Positions 17,034-28,130 of a stretch of 32,000 nt of DNA are shown piece after piece. The position numbers and the translations under genes were made by a program. The stretch's first letter is position 1, and each line of letters begins with the position of its first letter. The notes below the pieces were generated by a model, which was given only the letters and a program-made list of their open reading frames with translations, did not search any database and was not told the DNA's origin. Source of the stretch: Raphidiopsis brookii D9 (GTDB lineage: Bacteria > Cyanobacteriota > Cyanobacteriia > Cyanobacteriales > Nostocaceae); the NCBI GenBank assembly GCA_000175855.1, contig ACYB01000038.1, positions 90,001-122,000 of the forward strand, in the 5' to 3' direction.

Positions 17034-17041
17034 TGTATAAT
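17034..17041 (+). promoter_or_regulatory. Candidate extended -10 promoter element (TGTATAAT)
   Basis: Exact TGnTATAAT match at 17034-17041 in the 390-nt spacer upstream of the 17274 gene. Motif match only, with no convincing -35. Confidence 0.25.
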
Positions 17042-17273
17042 AATCTGGTGTATAGCCAGAGACGAGCCATGATGCTCACCTAACCTAGTAGAGACTTGCT
17101 GAGAAAGAAGTCAATCATACAATCTTGAGGATCAGATAAGTAAATTTGCTAGACTTTTATAAGATGTCTCTTGTGGAAGTTCCTCAAAAGTCAAAATTAA
17201 TAGGAGACTAAAAAAGAAGAGCCATATTTTATAACGAATCTATATGCAATTCAGCTCGTCCACAGGAGGATTT

Positions 17274-19799
17274 ATGCGTGCAGTGCTAATGGCAGGTGGT
17301 TCAGGTACAAGACTACGTCCTTTAACCTGTGATCTACCCAAACCAATGGTTCCCATCTTAAACAGACCAATTGCTGAACATATTATTCATCTTCTTCGAG
17401 AAAATGAAATTACGGAAATAATTGCCACATTACACTACTTACCAGATGTAATTCGGGAATATTTTCAAGATGGTAGTGATTTTGGGGTGCAAATCACCTA
17501 TGCAATTGAAGAAGAACAAGGTCTAGGCACAGCGGGTTGTGTTAAGAATGTAGCTGAACTATTAGACGAGACATTTTTAGTAATAAGTGGTGATAGCATT
17601 ACAGATTTTGATTTAAAAGCAGCCATTGAGTTTCATAGGCAAAAAAACTCCAAGGCCACTTTAATATTAACCCGTGTTCCCAACCCAATTGAGTTTGGAG
17701 TGGTAATTACAGATGAGGAAGGACACATCAGAAGATTTTTAGAAAAACCTTCCACAGGGGAAGTTTTTTCCGACACGGTTAATACGGGCATTTATGTTTT
17801 AGAACCAGAAGTTTTAGAATACCTACCAGAAAATACGGAATCTGATTTTTCAAAAGACCTATTCCCCTTGCTATTAGAGAAAAATGAACCCATTTATGGT
17901 TATATTGCCCGAGGCTACTGGTGTGATGTAGGTCACCTAGATGCCTACAGAGAAGCACAATATGATGCTTTAAGGAGGAAAGTGAAATTAGAGATTGCCT
18001 ATAGGGAAGTTTCTCCCTCCCAATGGATAGGGCAAAATACTTATATTGACCCCACAGCAAAAATTGAGAGTCCCACTATTATTGGTAATAATTGCCGAAT
18101 TGGGGCCAGGGTAAAAATTGAGGATGGCACAGTAATTGGTGATAATGTAACCATTGGTGCAGATGCGAATTTAAAACGTCCCATAGTCTGGAATGGAGCG
18201 ATTATTGGGGAAGAAGCAGAACTATCTGCTTGTGTTATTTCCCGTGGTACTAGGGTAAACCGTCGTGCCCATGTAATGGAAGCTGCTATTGTGGGTTCCT
18301 TGTCTACGGTAGGAGAAGAGGCACAAATTAATCCAGGGATTCGGGTTTGGCCGAGTAAAAAGATTGAATCTGGTGCTGTTTTAAACATCAATTTGATATG
18401 GGGAAACACCGCTCAAAGAAACTTATTTGGTCAGCGAGGGGTACAAGGTTTGGCAAACATTGATATTAGTCCAGAATTTGCTGTGAAACTAGGTGTAGCT
18501 TATGGTTCCACCTTAAAACCAGGTTCCATAGTCAGCGTTTCCCGTGATCAGCGCACCGTCTCACGCATGGTCACCCGTTCTCTGATTGCTGGGTTAATGT
18601 CCGTAGGGGTAGATATTCAAAATCTTGACTCCACTGCAATTCCCATTACTAGAACCGTAATTCCCAAAATGGCTTTAGTTGGTGGAATTCATGTGCGGGT
18701 GCACCCGGACCGTCCTGATTATATCCTGATTGAGTTTATGGATGGTAAAGGAATTAATATTACTAAAGCTCAGGAAAAGAAAATTGAAGGCGCTTATTTT
18801 AAAGAGGACATGCGAAGGGCACAAAGTCATGAAATTGGAGACGTGTCCTATCCTGGTCAAGTCATAGATTATTATTGTACAGCTTTTGAAAATCTTTTAA
18901 ATGTAGAAACCTTACGTAATAGTCGAGCTAAGATTGTTATCGACTATGTTTATGCTGTTTCTGGTGCTGTCCTACCCCAGCTGTTGGATAAATTTGGTGC
19001 GGATGCAGTAGTTTTAAATGCTAGTGTAAATAGAACATCAATGACTATAACAACCAAAGAGGGTCTATTAACTCAATTAGGTCATGTAGTGGAAGCGTTG
19101 AAAGCGAACTTTGGTGTGCAGGTGTCCGCAAATGGGGAACAACTAATTTTAGTGGATGAGTCTGGTTATCCCGTGCGGGGAGAAATGCTGACAGCATTAA
19201 TGGTAGAAATGATGTTAACAGCTAATCCTCGAAGTTCTGTAGTTGTACCAGTTCATGCTTCGAGTGCAGTGGAACAGGTAGCACGTCGTCATGATGGTAG
19301 AGTAATTCGCACCAAAGCCAACCCTACAGCTTTAATGGAAGCTTGTCAGAAAAATCCCCATGTAGTATTAGGTGGTAGTGGAGAAACTGGTTTTATTTTC
19401 CCCCAATTACATCCTGGATTTGATTCCATGTTTTGCATTGCTAAATTAATTGAAATGTTAACAATTCAGGAGCGTTCCTTGACTGCTGTCCGGGGAGAGT
19501 TACCGCGAGTGATTCATAAAAACTCTACCATTCGTTGTCCTTGGATTACCAAAGGAGCTTTAATGCGTTATCTAGTGGAAACTCATCCCGCACACAACCT
19601 AGAATTGATTGACGGAGTAAAAATTTGCCAATCTTATGATGACAGTTGGGTATTAGTATTACCAGATGCAAGTGAACCCTTAGTGCATTTATTTGTTAAC
19701 AGTAGTGATAAGGAGTGGGCGGACGAAAATATGAGGATTTACCGTTATCGTGTACAAACTTTTGTGGAACGCCAACAGGAACATTACGCAGAAGTTTAA
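17274..19799 (+). CDS. Sugar-phosphate nucleotidyltransferase (mannose-1-phosphate guanylyltransferase-like) fused to a phosphohexomutase-like domain
   Basis: Start at MRAVLMAGGSGTRLRPLT (GxGTRxxPLT nucleotidyltransferase motif). The ATG at 17244 is a less likely extension. The middle is a left-handed beta-helix hexapeptide region (IGNNCRIGARVKIEDGTVIGDNVTIGA). The C-terminal half resembles PGM/PMM-type domains. Confidence 0.85.
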   Translation: MRAVLMAGGSGTRLRPLTCDLPKPMVPILNRPIAEHIIHLLRENEITEIIATLHYLPDVIREYFQDGSDFGVQITYAIEEEQGLGTAGCVKNVAELLDETFLVISGDSITDFDLKAAIEFHRQKNSKATLILTRVPNPIEFGVVITDEEGHIRRFLEKPSTGEVFSDTVNTGIYVLEPEVLEYLPENTESDFSKDLFPLLLEKNEPIYGYIARGYWCDVGHLDAYREAQYDALRRKVKLEIAYREVSPSQWIGQNTYIDPTAKIESPTIIGNNCRIGARVKIEDGTVIGDNVTIGADANLKRPIVWNGAIIGEEAELSACVISRGTRVNRRAHVMEAAIVGSLSTVGEEAQINPGIRVWPSKKIESGAVLNINLIWGNTAQRNLFGQRGVQGLANIDISPEFAVKLGVAYGSTLKPGSIVSVSRDQRTVSRMVTRSLIAGLMSVGVDIQNLDSTAIPITRTVIPKMALVGGIHVRVHPDRPDYILIEFMDGKGINITKAQEKKIEGAYFKEDMRRAQSHEIGDVSYPGQVIDYYCTAFENLLNVETLRNSRAKIVIDYVYAVSGAVLPQLLDKFGADAVVLNASVNRTSMTITTKEGLLTQLGHVVEALKANFGVQVSANGEQLILVDESGYPVRGEMLTALMVEMMLTANPRSSVVVPVHASSAVEQVARRHDGRVIRTKANPTALMEACQKNPHVVLGGSGETGFIFPQLHPGFDSMFCIAKLIEMLTIQERSLTAVRGELPRVIHKNSTIRCPWITKGALMRYLVETHPAHNLELIDGVKICQSYDDSWVLVLPDASEPLVHLFVNSSDKEWADENMRIYRYRVQTFVERQQEHYAEV

Positions 19800-19804
19800 A
19801 CTGG

Positions 19805-19837
19805 GAATTGTAGCAGGTAAGATGCCTGCCACAATTC
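19805..19837. terminator. Hairpin between the convergent nucleotidyltransferase gene and thiC
   Basis: GAATTGTAGCAGG (19805-19817) / CCTGCCACAATTC (19825-19837): a 13-bp stem with one A/C mismatch and a 7-nt loop. The flanking T-tract is weak. Confidence 0.45.
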
Positions 19838-19858
19838 ATTACTTCGGATTTAGAAGAT

Positions 19859-21330
<1,472 letters not shown>

Positions 21331-21359
21331 ATGTGTACAATTTTAGCACGTGGAATTGA

Positions 21360-22262
21360 TCAACGATCTGGGCGCCATCTGGTTTGAAACCTTTCCCAGG
21401 ATAATTTTAATTCTTCTGGCGGTGGATTTTTACCATCATAAACCAAAATTACATTGGTCAGTTTTCTTGCTGGTGGGACCAAAATCACATTATCTGATGC
21501 TAAGGCTCTAGATGGTCCACCGTCTAAATTCATTGCTTCATAGCACCCTATAGCTTTCATTGCTTCAGCTTCTTCTTCTAAATATAACTTCTCATCGAAA
21601 TTGGCTAAAAAAAGTCTTTTGCCGTCTTCAGAGAAACCAATTGCGGTTCTGAGACTAGTACCTAAAACAGCAGGGTCTTTAAAACCCTCAAGACGGGGAT
21701 TGACCGAAACTTCACCATTGCGCAATAATCGTGGTCCAGAGGTAATAGAAAACCAGTGTTTATTCCATTCTGGTCTACCTTCAACCCTTGCTGTTATCAT
21801 TTCTGGTTTATTACCAACACCCAATCCCAAAGTGGTGCCAAAGTTTTCCCATGGGCTATATTTTAAGGATCTTCCACCTGCGACCAGATTACCCATAACC
21901 GTTTTTTGGGGATTTGTGTAAGCAAAAGTACCATTCACCACCACCGCAGCTCCAGAGCGAGCAACCAATTGGTCAAAATTCTCATCACCATTGGTTCTAC
22001 TAATTGTATTGGCAAAATTGGCACTGTTGGGTAAACCAATGGTCAGAAGAATATTAGGATCTTCCAAATCAATGATTGTTTGATAAAATGGGATACCGTT
22101 AATTTGACTTCTATATGCTCGTACAGTCGGTATGATAGTTGGTGTCAGACTCGGTTGGCTGGGTGTAGTCGGTCTAACGGGCAAATCCAATCTCCAAACC
22201 TGGGTTAAAAAGGCACCTCCAAAAAGTAAAAAGGAGCGCCGAGGAACTTTAAACTTGGTCAT
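21360..22262 (-). CDS. Phosphodiester glycosidase family (DUF2233-like) secreted protein
   Basis: N-terminal signal with RR (VPRRSFLLFGGAFL). Family-typical AAVVVNGTFA, MGNLVAGGR and EAMNLDGGPSRAL. Confidence 0.7.
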   Translation of the reverse strand: MTKFKVPRRSFLLFGGAFLTQVWRLDLPVRPTTPSQPSLTPTIIPTVRAYRSQINGIPFYQTIIDLEDPNILLTIGLPNSANFANTISRTNGDENFDQLVARSGAAVVVNGTFAYTNPQKTVMGNLVAGGRSLKYSPWENFGTTLGLGVGNKPEMITARVEGRPEWNKHWFSITSGPRLLRNGEVSVNPRLEGFKDPAVLGTSLRTAIGFSEDGKRLFLANFDEKLYLEEEAEAMKAIGCYEAMNLDGGPSRALASDNVILVPPARKLTNVILVYDGKNPPPEELKLSWERFQTRWRPDR

Positions 22263-22295
22263 AATAAAACCTTGTCAAGTGTTGAAAGCTAAGAA

Positions 22296-22874
22296 ATGAT
22301 GGCTCACAACTTCAAGTATATTATTTTTCATAAGCCCTATGGAGTCCTGAGCCAATTTACCCGGGAACTTCCTGAACATGTTACCCTCAAAGACTATATT
22401 GATGTCCCGGATGTATATCCTGTGGGACGTTTAGATTGGGATAGCGAGGGGTTACTGTTACTCACCAATGATGGCAAATTACAACATCATATTGCCAACC
22501 CCCGTTTTGGTCACCAACGTACCTATTGGGTTCAGGTGGAACGCATTCCTGACCCAGTAGCTATTGCTAAATTGGGCCAGGGAGTGGAAATTCAAAATTA
22601 TCGCACTCTTCCTGCTCAGGTTAAACTGTTATTGGAAGAGCCAACTGTTGGTGAGCGTCACCCTCCCATCAGGTATAGGAAAAACGTTCCCACCGCTTGG
22701 TTGGAAATGACCCTCAAGGAAGGAAAAAACCGTCAAGTTAGACGTATGACCGCTGCTGTGGGTTTTCCTACCTTAAGGTTAATTAGAATCCGTATAGCTC
22801 AACTACAATTAGATGATTTACCGGTGGGTACCTGGCGCTATCTTGGCCCTGTCGAGGTCAATTTAATTGTTTAA
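22296..22874 (+). CDS. rluE: 23S rRNA pseudouridine synthase, RluE-like (RsuA/RluE family)
   Basis: FHKPYGVLSQFT, the catalytic-Asp motif VGRLDWDSEGLLLLTNDG, and KNRQVRRMTAAVGFPTLRLIR are collinear with what I remember of E. coli RluE. Confidence 0.8.
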   Translation: MMAHNFKYIIFHKPYGVLSQFTRELPEHVTLKDYIDVPDVYPVGRLDWDSEGLLLLTNDGKLQHHIANPRFGHQRTYWVQVERIPDPVAIAKLGQGVEIQNYRTLPAQVKLLLEEPTVGERHPPIRYRKNVPTAWLEMTLKEGKNRQVRRMTAAVGFPTLRLIRIRIAQLQLDDLPVGTWRYLGPVEVNLIV

Positions 22875-22977
22875 TGGAGAAATCGCTGGTAAGCTATTGC
22901 TCAAGAGCATAAATAATTTTAAAAACTATTATGGTTGACCACAGTTTTTCCCTAACAAAAGAGCTTTTGCACTACTT

Positions 22978-23008
22978 AAAAAGCGATCGCCCCAGACGAT
23001 CGCTTTTT
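22978..23008. terminator. Bidirectional intrinsic terminator built on a HIP1 site, between convergent rluE and ctaB
   Basis: AAAAAGCGATCG (22978-22989) / CGATCGCTTTTT (22997-23008): a perfect 12-bp stem with a 7-nt loop CCCCAGA. The A5/T5 flanks give a U-tract on either strand. Confidence 0.65.
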
Positions 23009-23027
23009 GTTTGTCTGGAGAAAGTTC

Positions 23028-23982
23028 CTAACCAACCAAATGGAAACTGTGGAGAATTGTATTCACCAAATAATGGGTAAAGGGTAAACTATCAATTACC
23101 ATTCCTAAACACAATAGCATCATGTAAGAAATAGAGTACAAAAACAACTCTTTGGCAATAGTTTTATCTTCCGGATTTTGCAATAATCGCCAAGATTTGT
23201 GCAGAAAGATTCCACCCAAGGTCATGGCTATCACCACATAAACAATCCCACTAGCATGTAAGGGATAAAACAACAATACCGTAGAGGTCACGGTAATTAC
23301 CGTATAAAACCAAATCTGTCGGACCGTGGCTTGATTACCGGCAACCACAGGTAACATAGGAATCCCAACTTTTGCGTAGTCGTCCCGAATCATCATGGCT
23401 AAAGCCCAGAAGTGGGGGGTGTCCATAAAAATACAATGGCAAAAAGTAAACCAAGCTGCCCAACTCAAGGTATCTGTAACTGCTGCCCAACCAACTAAAG
23501 CGGGAATGGCACCAGCTGCACCCCCAATAACAATGTTTTGAGTGCTATGGCGTTTTAGCCAATGGGTATAGACTAAAACATAAAAAACAATACCAGAAAA
23601 TGCTAAAAGTGCAGCCAGTAGATTGGCAAAAACAGTTAATAGGGTAAAGGAAGCTATAGCTAGGGCGATCGCAAAAATTAAAAGCATCCCTAAATTGCAC
23701 CTTACCAGAGGGCATGGGACGGTGACGCGTCCTTTCCATTTCATAATCTATATCCCGGTCATAGATACAGTTAATGGTTTGGGCGCTAGCTGCTGCCAGG
23801 GTTCCACCCAAGAGAGTCACTAATAATAGCCAAGGGTCAACTTGTCCTTTAGCAGCGATCCACATACTACCAGAAGTAGTAATCAAAAGCAGCGGAATAA
23901 TCCGAGGCTTAGTTAACTGATAGTAACTTTGAATCACTTGCAAAAATGAATCATGGTGACGAGAGACATTAGTCTCAATCAT
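23028..23982 (-). pseudogene. ctaB: Protoheme IX farnesyltransferase (heme O synthase), reading frame broken by homopolymer indels
   Basis: The span is 955 nt (3n+1). The two overlapping ORFs (23545-23982 and 23028-23744) are the N- and C-terminal parts of one CtaB/CyoE protein. The frame switches at the A4 run 23680-23683 (coding strand GCTTTTAAT). Between 23450 and 23414, a further +1/-1 pair replaces the expected [15 protein letters not shown] with FTFCHCIFMDTPHFW. Confidence 0.85.
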
Positions 23983-24008
23983 GTTGGTTATACTTCCTTT
24001 ATCAATTA

Positions 24009-24936
24009 CTAATTATTTAGGTAACTAGGGTTACTAATGCTTCTGTCTCGTAAAGCCAGAACGGTAAAAACTACTAGAGTTCCTAACAGAGTAGCTCCGA
24101 CTGCTTGGTGAGTTATAGTGAGAGGTTCAACTTGTAAATGTAATCGGAAGGTGGCCAAACCCAACAGCAATTGTGAAATTAACAACCCACCTGCTAGATT
24201 AGCCAATTTTCGCAAAACGGGATGTAATGCTGGAGTACGCCAGGAAATAAAGACCATGGACAAAGTTGCTACCGTGGGGGGTAATAAACCAAAAATATGG
24301 CTATACATAACACCACACAACTCCTCTCCTGCTAAACATTGATGTAATGCCCAACGGGAACCTACCAAAGCACCTAAAAGACTTTGTAGATAGACCAAAA
24401 CTGCAGCTGTTAAACTCACCCAAGGAAGTTTGCCCACAGCACCTGTTCCTTTATAAGGAATAAGGAATGTACCAATGACTAATAGAGTAGTGAAAAATAA
24501 GAGTGCGGTTGCTAAATGAGCAGTTACAATATCAAACCGCAACAATTCAGTCACGGTCAGTCCGCCCAAAATTCCTTGAAATACGATTAATAACAGAGCG
24601 AAAGTAGCAGCTCCTGGTAACCATAGAGGTAAAACACGACGATGCCACCAACATAAACCTGTTAAGGCAATCGCACTTAAGCCAATTAAAAGCAGCATCT
24701 AATCTATGGAACCACTCCAAGAAGACTTGAAGATTCATTTGTTTAGTCGGCACCAATTCGCCATAACACAAGGGCCAGTCTGGACAAGCCAAACCAGCAT
24801 TCATTACGCGAGTAGCACTACCTATAGCCATCAAAATCAAAGTGGCTATACAAATTTTCCAAACCAGGCGCCGAATGAGTTCCTGGGGATGATTCTCTAC
24901 CGCCTCATTTTGTTGTTCTAGGACAAATTCACTCAT
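24009..24936 (-). pseudogene. ctaA: Heme A synthase (COX15/CtaA family), reading frame broken by one homopolymer insertion
   Basis: The span is 928 nt (3n+1). ORF 24547-25002 carries the N-terminus (MSEFV...ATRVMNAGLACPDWPLCYGELVP...EWFHRLDAA). ORF 24009-24698 carries the rest (LIGLSAIALTGLCWWHRR...). The two join if one base is removed from the A4 run at 24688-24691. Start taken at ATG 24936; 24954 is an alternative. Confidence 0.85.
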
Positions 24937-25339
24937 GAACGATACCCGATCCATTCTAGAGACTGAGAAAGACACACACCTACACCTTAACCTATCGGTC
25001 AAAATTGCCAGATGGGCTTTCCTTTATAATTTGAATCCTCCAGGGCTATCTTGACTGTAAGATTTAGGCATTTTTTAAGATACTAATAATTGGTTATTGA
25101 CAAATTTGCCAACTTTTGGCCTCATGAATAATGCAGATTAGAGACCAAGTGGGGATAAATTGCCTAATTTGCCGAAAAAATAACAGCTAATGTTGCCATA
25201 CATAATGAATGCTCCTAGAAGCAACATGAGAAAAACTTAACAAAAATTTTAGACATCACAACCCAATCTTCTCACAGCTGCACTACCTTGGTATATGGGT
25301 TACTAAATAAATTCAATCAAGTAAAACCTCAAATAAGCC

Positions 25340-26356
25340 GTGAAAATTCCAAATTCCATCTGGACATTACTCATTGGCATCGCTCTCACTCTAACTAGTC
25401 TTTGGTACGGTCAGAATCATGGGCTGTTACCCGCAGCAGCAGCAGATGAAGCTGTATTAATAGACGGTCTGTTTGATGCGATGTTAACGGTCTCTATAGG
25501 CATATTTCTCTTAGTCGAAGGTATTTTAATTTACTCAGTATTTAAATATCGTCGGCGTGCGGGTGATAACGAAGATGGTCCAGCTATTGAAGGCAACATT
25601 CCTCTGGAAATACTTTGGACAGCAATTCCAGCAGTGATAGTCCTGGGCATTTCTGTATACAGTTTTGATGTATACAATCAAATTGGGGGATTAGATCCTC
25701 ATGGAGGACATGATGCTCCCATCATGGAGGAAGCTAGGGTTATGCCAGGTACTGCTATTGCGGCTACTCTCAGTGACAAGCCAGTAAATAGATCAGTCCA
25801 TCACCAAGATTCCCCTGCCCCCATGGAAATTGCTCAGGCGGAAATCGCATCCAATGAAGCGAAACCACTAGTGGTTGAAGTCTCAGCTTTACAATACGCT
25901 TGGATATTCACCTATCCAGATGCGGGGATAACCACAGGGGAAATTCACGTTCCTGTGGGTCAACAAGTACAGATGAAGATGACAGCTAATGATGTGATTC
26001 ACGCCTTTTGGGTTCCAGAATTTCGTCTGAAACAAGATGTGATCCCAGGTAGGGAAACTCGAGTCCGCTTCACTCCCAAAAAAGAGGGAACCTATACTGT
26101 GGTTTGTGCAGAACTCTGTGGACCCTACCATGGTGCTATGCAAACTCAAGTCATAGTAGAGTCAAAACAAGCCTTTGATGCCTGGGTTCAGGAACAGTTA
26201 CTGGCGGAAAAAGAAACTATTAATCAGGCGATCGCCCTGAATCCCTCCGCTATGTCAGCTGATGAGTTTCTGGCCCCCTATATGCAAAAGATGCATATTC
26301 ACCCAGAAACCTTAGGAATAGGAAAGGTACTTTTAGAATCTTTCTCAAAGTCATAG
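25340..26356 (+). CDS. ctaC: Cytochrome c oxidase subunit II
   Basis: Two N-terminal TM helices, then the cupredoxin domain with CuA ligands (DVIHAFWVPEF ... CAELCGPYHGAM). GTG start. Confidence 0.9.
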   Translation: MKIPNSIWTLLIGIALTLTSLWYGQNHGLLPAAAADEAVLIDGLFDAMLTVSIGIFLLVEGILIYSVFKYRRRAGDNEDGPAIEGNIPLEILWTAIPAVIVLGISVYSFDVYNQIGGLDPHGGHDAPIMEEARVMPGTAIAATLSDKPVNRSVHHQDSPAPMEIAQAEIASNEAKPLVVEVSALQYAWIFTYPDAGITTGEIHVPVGQQVQMKMTANDVIHAFWVPEFRLKQDVIPGRETRVRFTPKKEGTYTVVCAELCGPYHGAMQTQVIVESKQAFDAWVQEQLLAEKETINQAIALNPSAMSADEFLAPYMQKMHIHPETLGIGKVLLESFSKS

Positions 26357-26430
26357 CTGGTAAAGATATGGCTTAAATATATCGGGAGAAAACACCTTTT
26401 GAACTTCCTAAATGGAAAGCCCCTATAACT

Positions 26431-28050
26431 ATGACACAAGCTCAATTACAAGACACCTCTCACCTGGCCATACCCCATGAACAATTGGGGGGAAGAAAGT
26501 GGTGGGAATTTTTTACTTTTAATACCGACCACAAGGTAATCGGGATTCAATATCTAGTGACATCGTTTATTTTTTACTGTATTGGCGGTGTCATGGCAGA
26601 TTTGGTACGGACAGAATTACGCACTCCAGAAGTAGATTTTGTCACGCCAGAAGTTTATAACAGTCTGTTTACTCTCCATGCCACGATCATGATTTTCCTC
26701 TGGATAGTTCCAGCGGGGGCGGGTTTTGCCAATTATCTGATTCCCTTGATGATTGGAGCTAGGGATATGGCTTTTCCCCGGTTGAATGCGGTGGCTTTTT
26801 GGATGATTCCTCCTTCAGGTATATTATTAGTTGCCAGCTTAGTGGTGGGCGATGCTCCAGATGCTGGTTGGACTTCCTATCCTCCCCTGAGTTTAATGAC
26901 CGGTGAGGTGGGTGAAGCCATTTGGATTATGAGTATTCTGTTACTAGGTACATCCTCAATTTTAGGAGCAATTAATTTTTTGGTCACCATGCTGAAAATG
27001 CGTGTTCCTAGCATGGGGATTCATAAAATGCCCCTGTTTTGCTGGGCTATGTTGGCAACTTCCGCCCTGGTTTTATTATCCACACCTGTTTTGGCAGGAG
27101 CATTGATTCTACTGGCTTTTGATTTGTTAGCAGGAACCACCTTTTTTAATCCCACTGGTGGTGGTGACCCGGTAGTTTACCAACACATGTTTTGGTTCTA
27201 CTCTCACCCAGCGGTGTATATTATGATTTTGCCTTTCTTTGGCGCAATTTCAGAAATTATACCAGTTCATGCTCGCAAACCCATTTTTGGTTATAAGGCG
27301 ATCGCCTATTCTTCTCTAGCGATTAGTTTTTTGGGTTTAATTGTTTGGGCCCACCACATGTTTACCAGTGGTATTCCGGGTTGGTTACGGATGTTCTTTA
27401 TGATTACGACCATGATCATCGCCGTGCCCACGGGGATCAAAATCTTTAGTTGGTTAGCAACCATCTGGGGAGGGAAAGTGGAATTAAATACTCCCATGTT
27501 ATTTGCTATTGGTTTTGTGGGTACTTTCGTCATTGGTGGTATCAGCGGTGTGATGTTAGCCTCTGTACCTTTTGACATTCATGTTCATGACACCTACTTT
27601 GTAGTTGCCCATTTGCACTATGTACTATTTGGTGGTAGTGTGCTGGGGATTTTTGCCGCTATTTATCATTGGTTTCCCAAAATGACAGGGAGAATGATGA
27701 ATGAGTTTTGGGGTAAGGTTCACTTTGCTCTAACTATTGTTGGGTTAAATATGTCCTTTTTGCCCATGCACAAATTAGGACTAATGGGTATGAACCGTCG
27801 TATTGCCCAATATGACCCAAAATTCACCACCTTAAATGAAATATGTACATACGGGGCTTATATTCTAGCTGTTTCCACTTTGCCCTTTATTATCAATGCT
27901 GTATGGAGTTGGTTATATGGGCCCAAAGCTAGTAATAATCCTTGGCGTGGTCTGACTTTAGAGTGGATGACCACCTCCCCACCAGAAATTGAAAACTTTG
28001 AAAAACTGCCCGTTTTGACCACAGGTCCCTATGACTACGGTGTGAAATAA
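26431..28050 (+). CDS. ctaD: Cytochrome c oxidase subunit I
   Basis: 539 aa heme-copper oxidase subunit I: WFYSHPAVYIMILP, VWAHHMFTSG (CuB His pair), HDTYFVVAHLHYVLFGG. Confidence 0.95.
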   Translation: MTQAQLQDTSHLAIPHEQLGGRKWWEFFTFNTDHKVIGIQYLVTSFIFYCIGGVMADLVRTELRTPEVDFVTPEVYNSLFTLHATIMIFLWIVPAGAGFANYLIPLMIGARDMAFPRLNAVAFWMIPPSGILLVASLVVGDAPDAGWTSYPPLSLMTGEVGEAIWIMSILLLGTSSILGAINFLVTMLKMRVPSMGIHKMPLFCWAMLATSALVLLSTPVLAGALILLAFDLLAGTTFFNPTGGGDPVVYQHMFWFYSHPAVYIMILPFFGAISEIIPVHARKPIFGYKAIAYSSLAISFLGLIVWAHHMFTSGIPGWLRMFFMITTMIIAVPTGIKIFSWLATIWGGKVELNTPMLFAIGFVGTFVIGGISGVMLASVPFDIHVHDTYFVVAHLHYVLFGGSVLGIFAAIYHWFPKMTGRMMNEFWGKVHFALTIVGLNMSFLPMHKLGLMGMNRRIAQYDPKFTTLNEICTYGAYILAVSTLPFIINAVWSWLYGPKASNNPWRGLTLEWMTTSPPEIENFEKLPVLTTGPYDYGVK

Positions 28051-28130
28051 AACGAAACCTAAATTTTGCAGCAATTGTAGGGGAAAGGGGGATTTAACTA
28101 GCAATTACTTATTTACTACTGTCAAAATTT

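Noticed and set aside
23676-24694. Programmed +1 ribosomal frameshifting or transcriptional slippage at GCTTTTAAT in ctaB and ctaA
   Set aside because: A T4 run is too short for efficient polymerase slippage. There is no slippery-codon plus stop or rare-codon arrangement like known +1 sites. ctaB needs two further indels that cannot be explained this way. This remains testable by proteomics.
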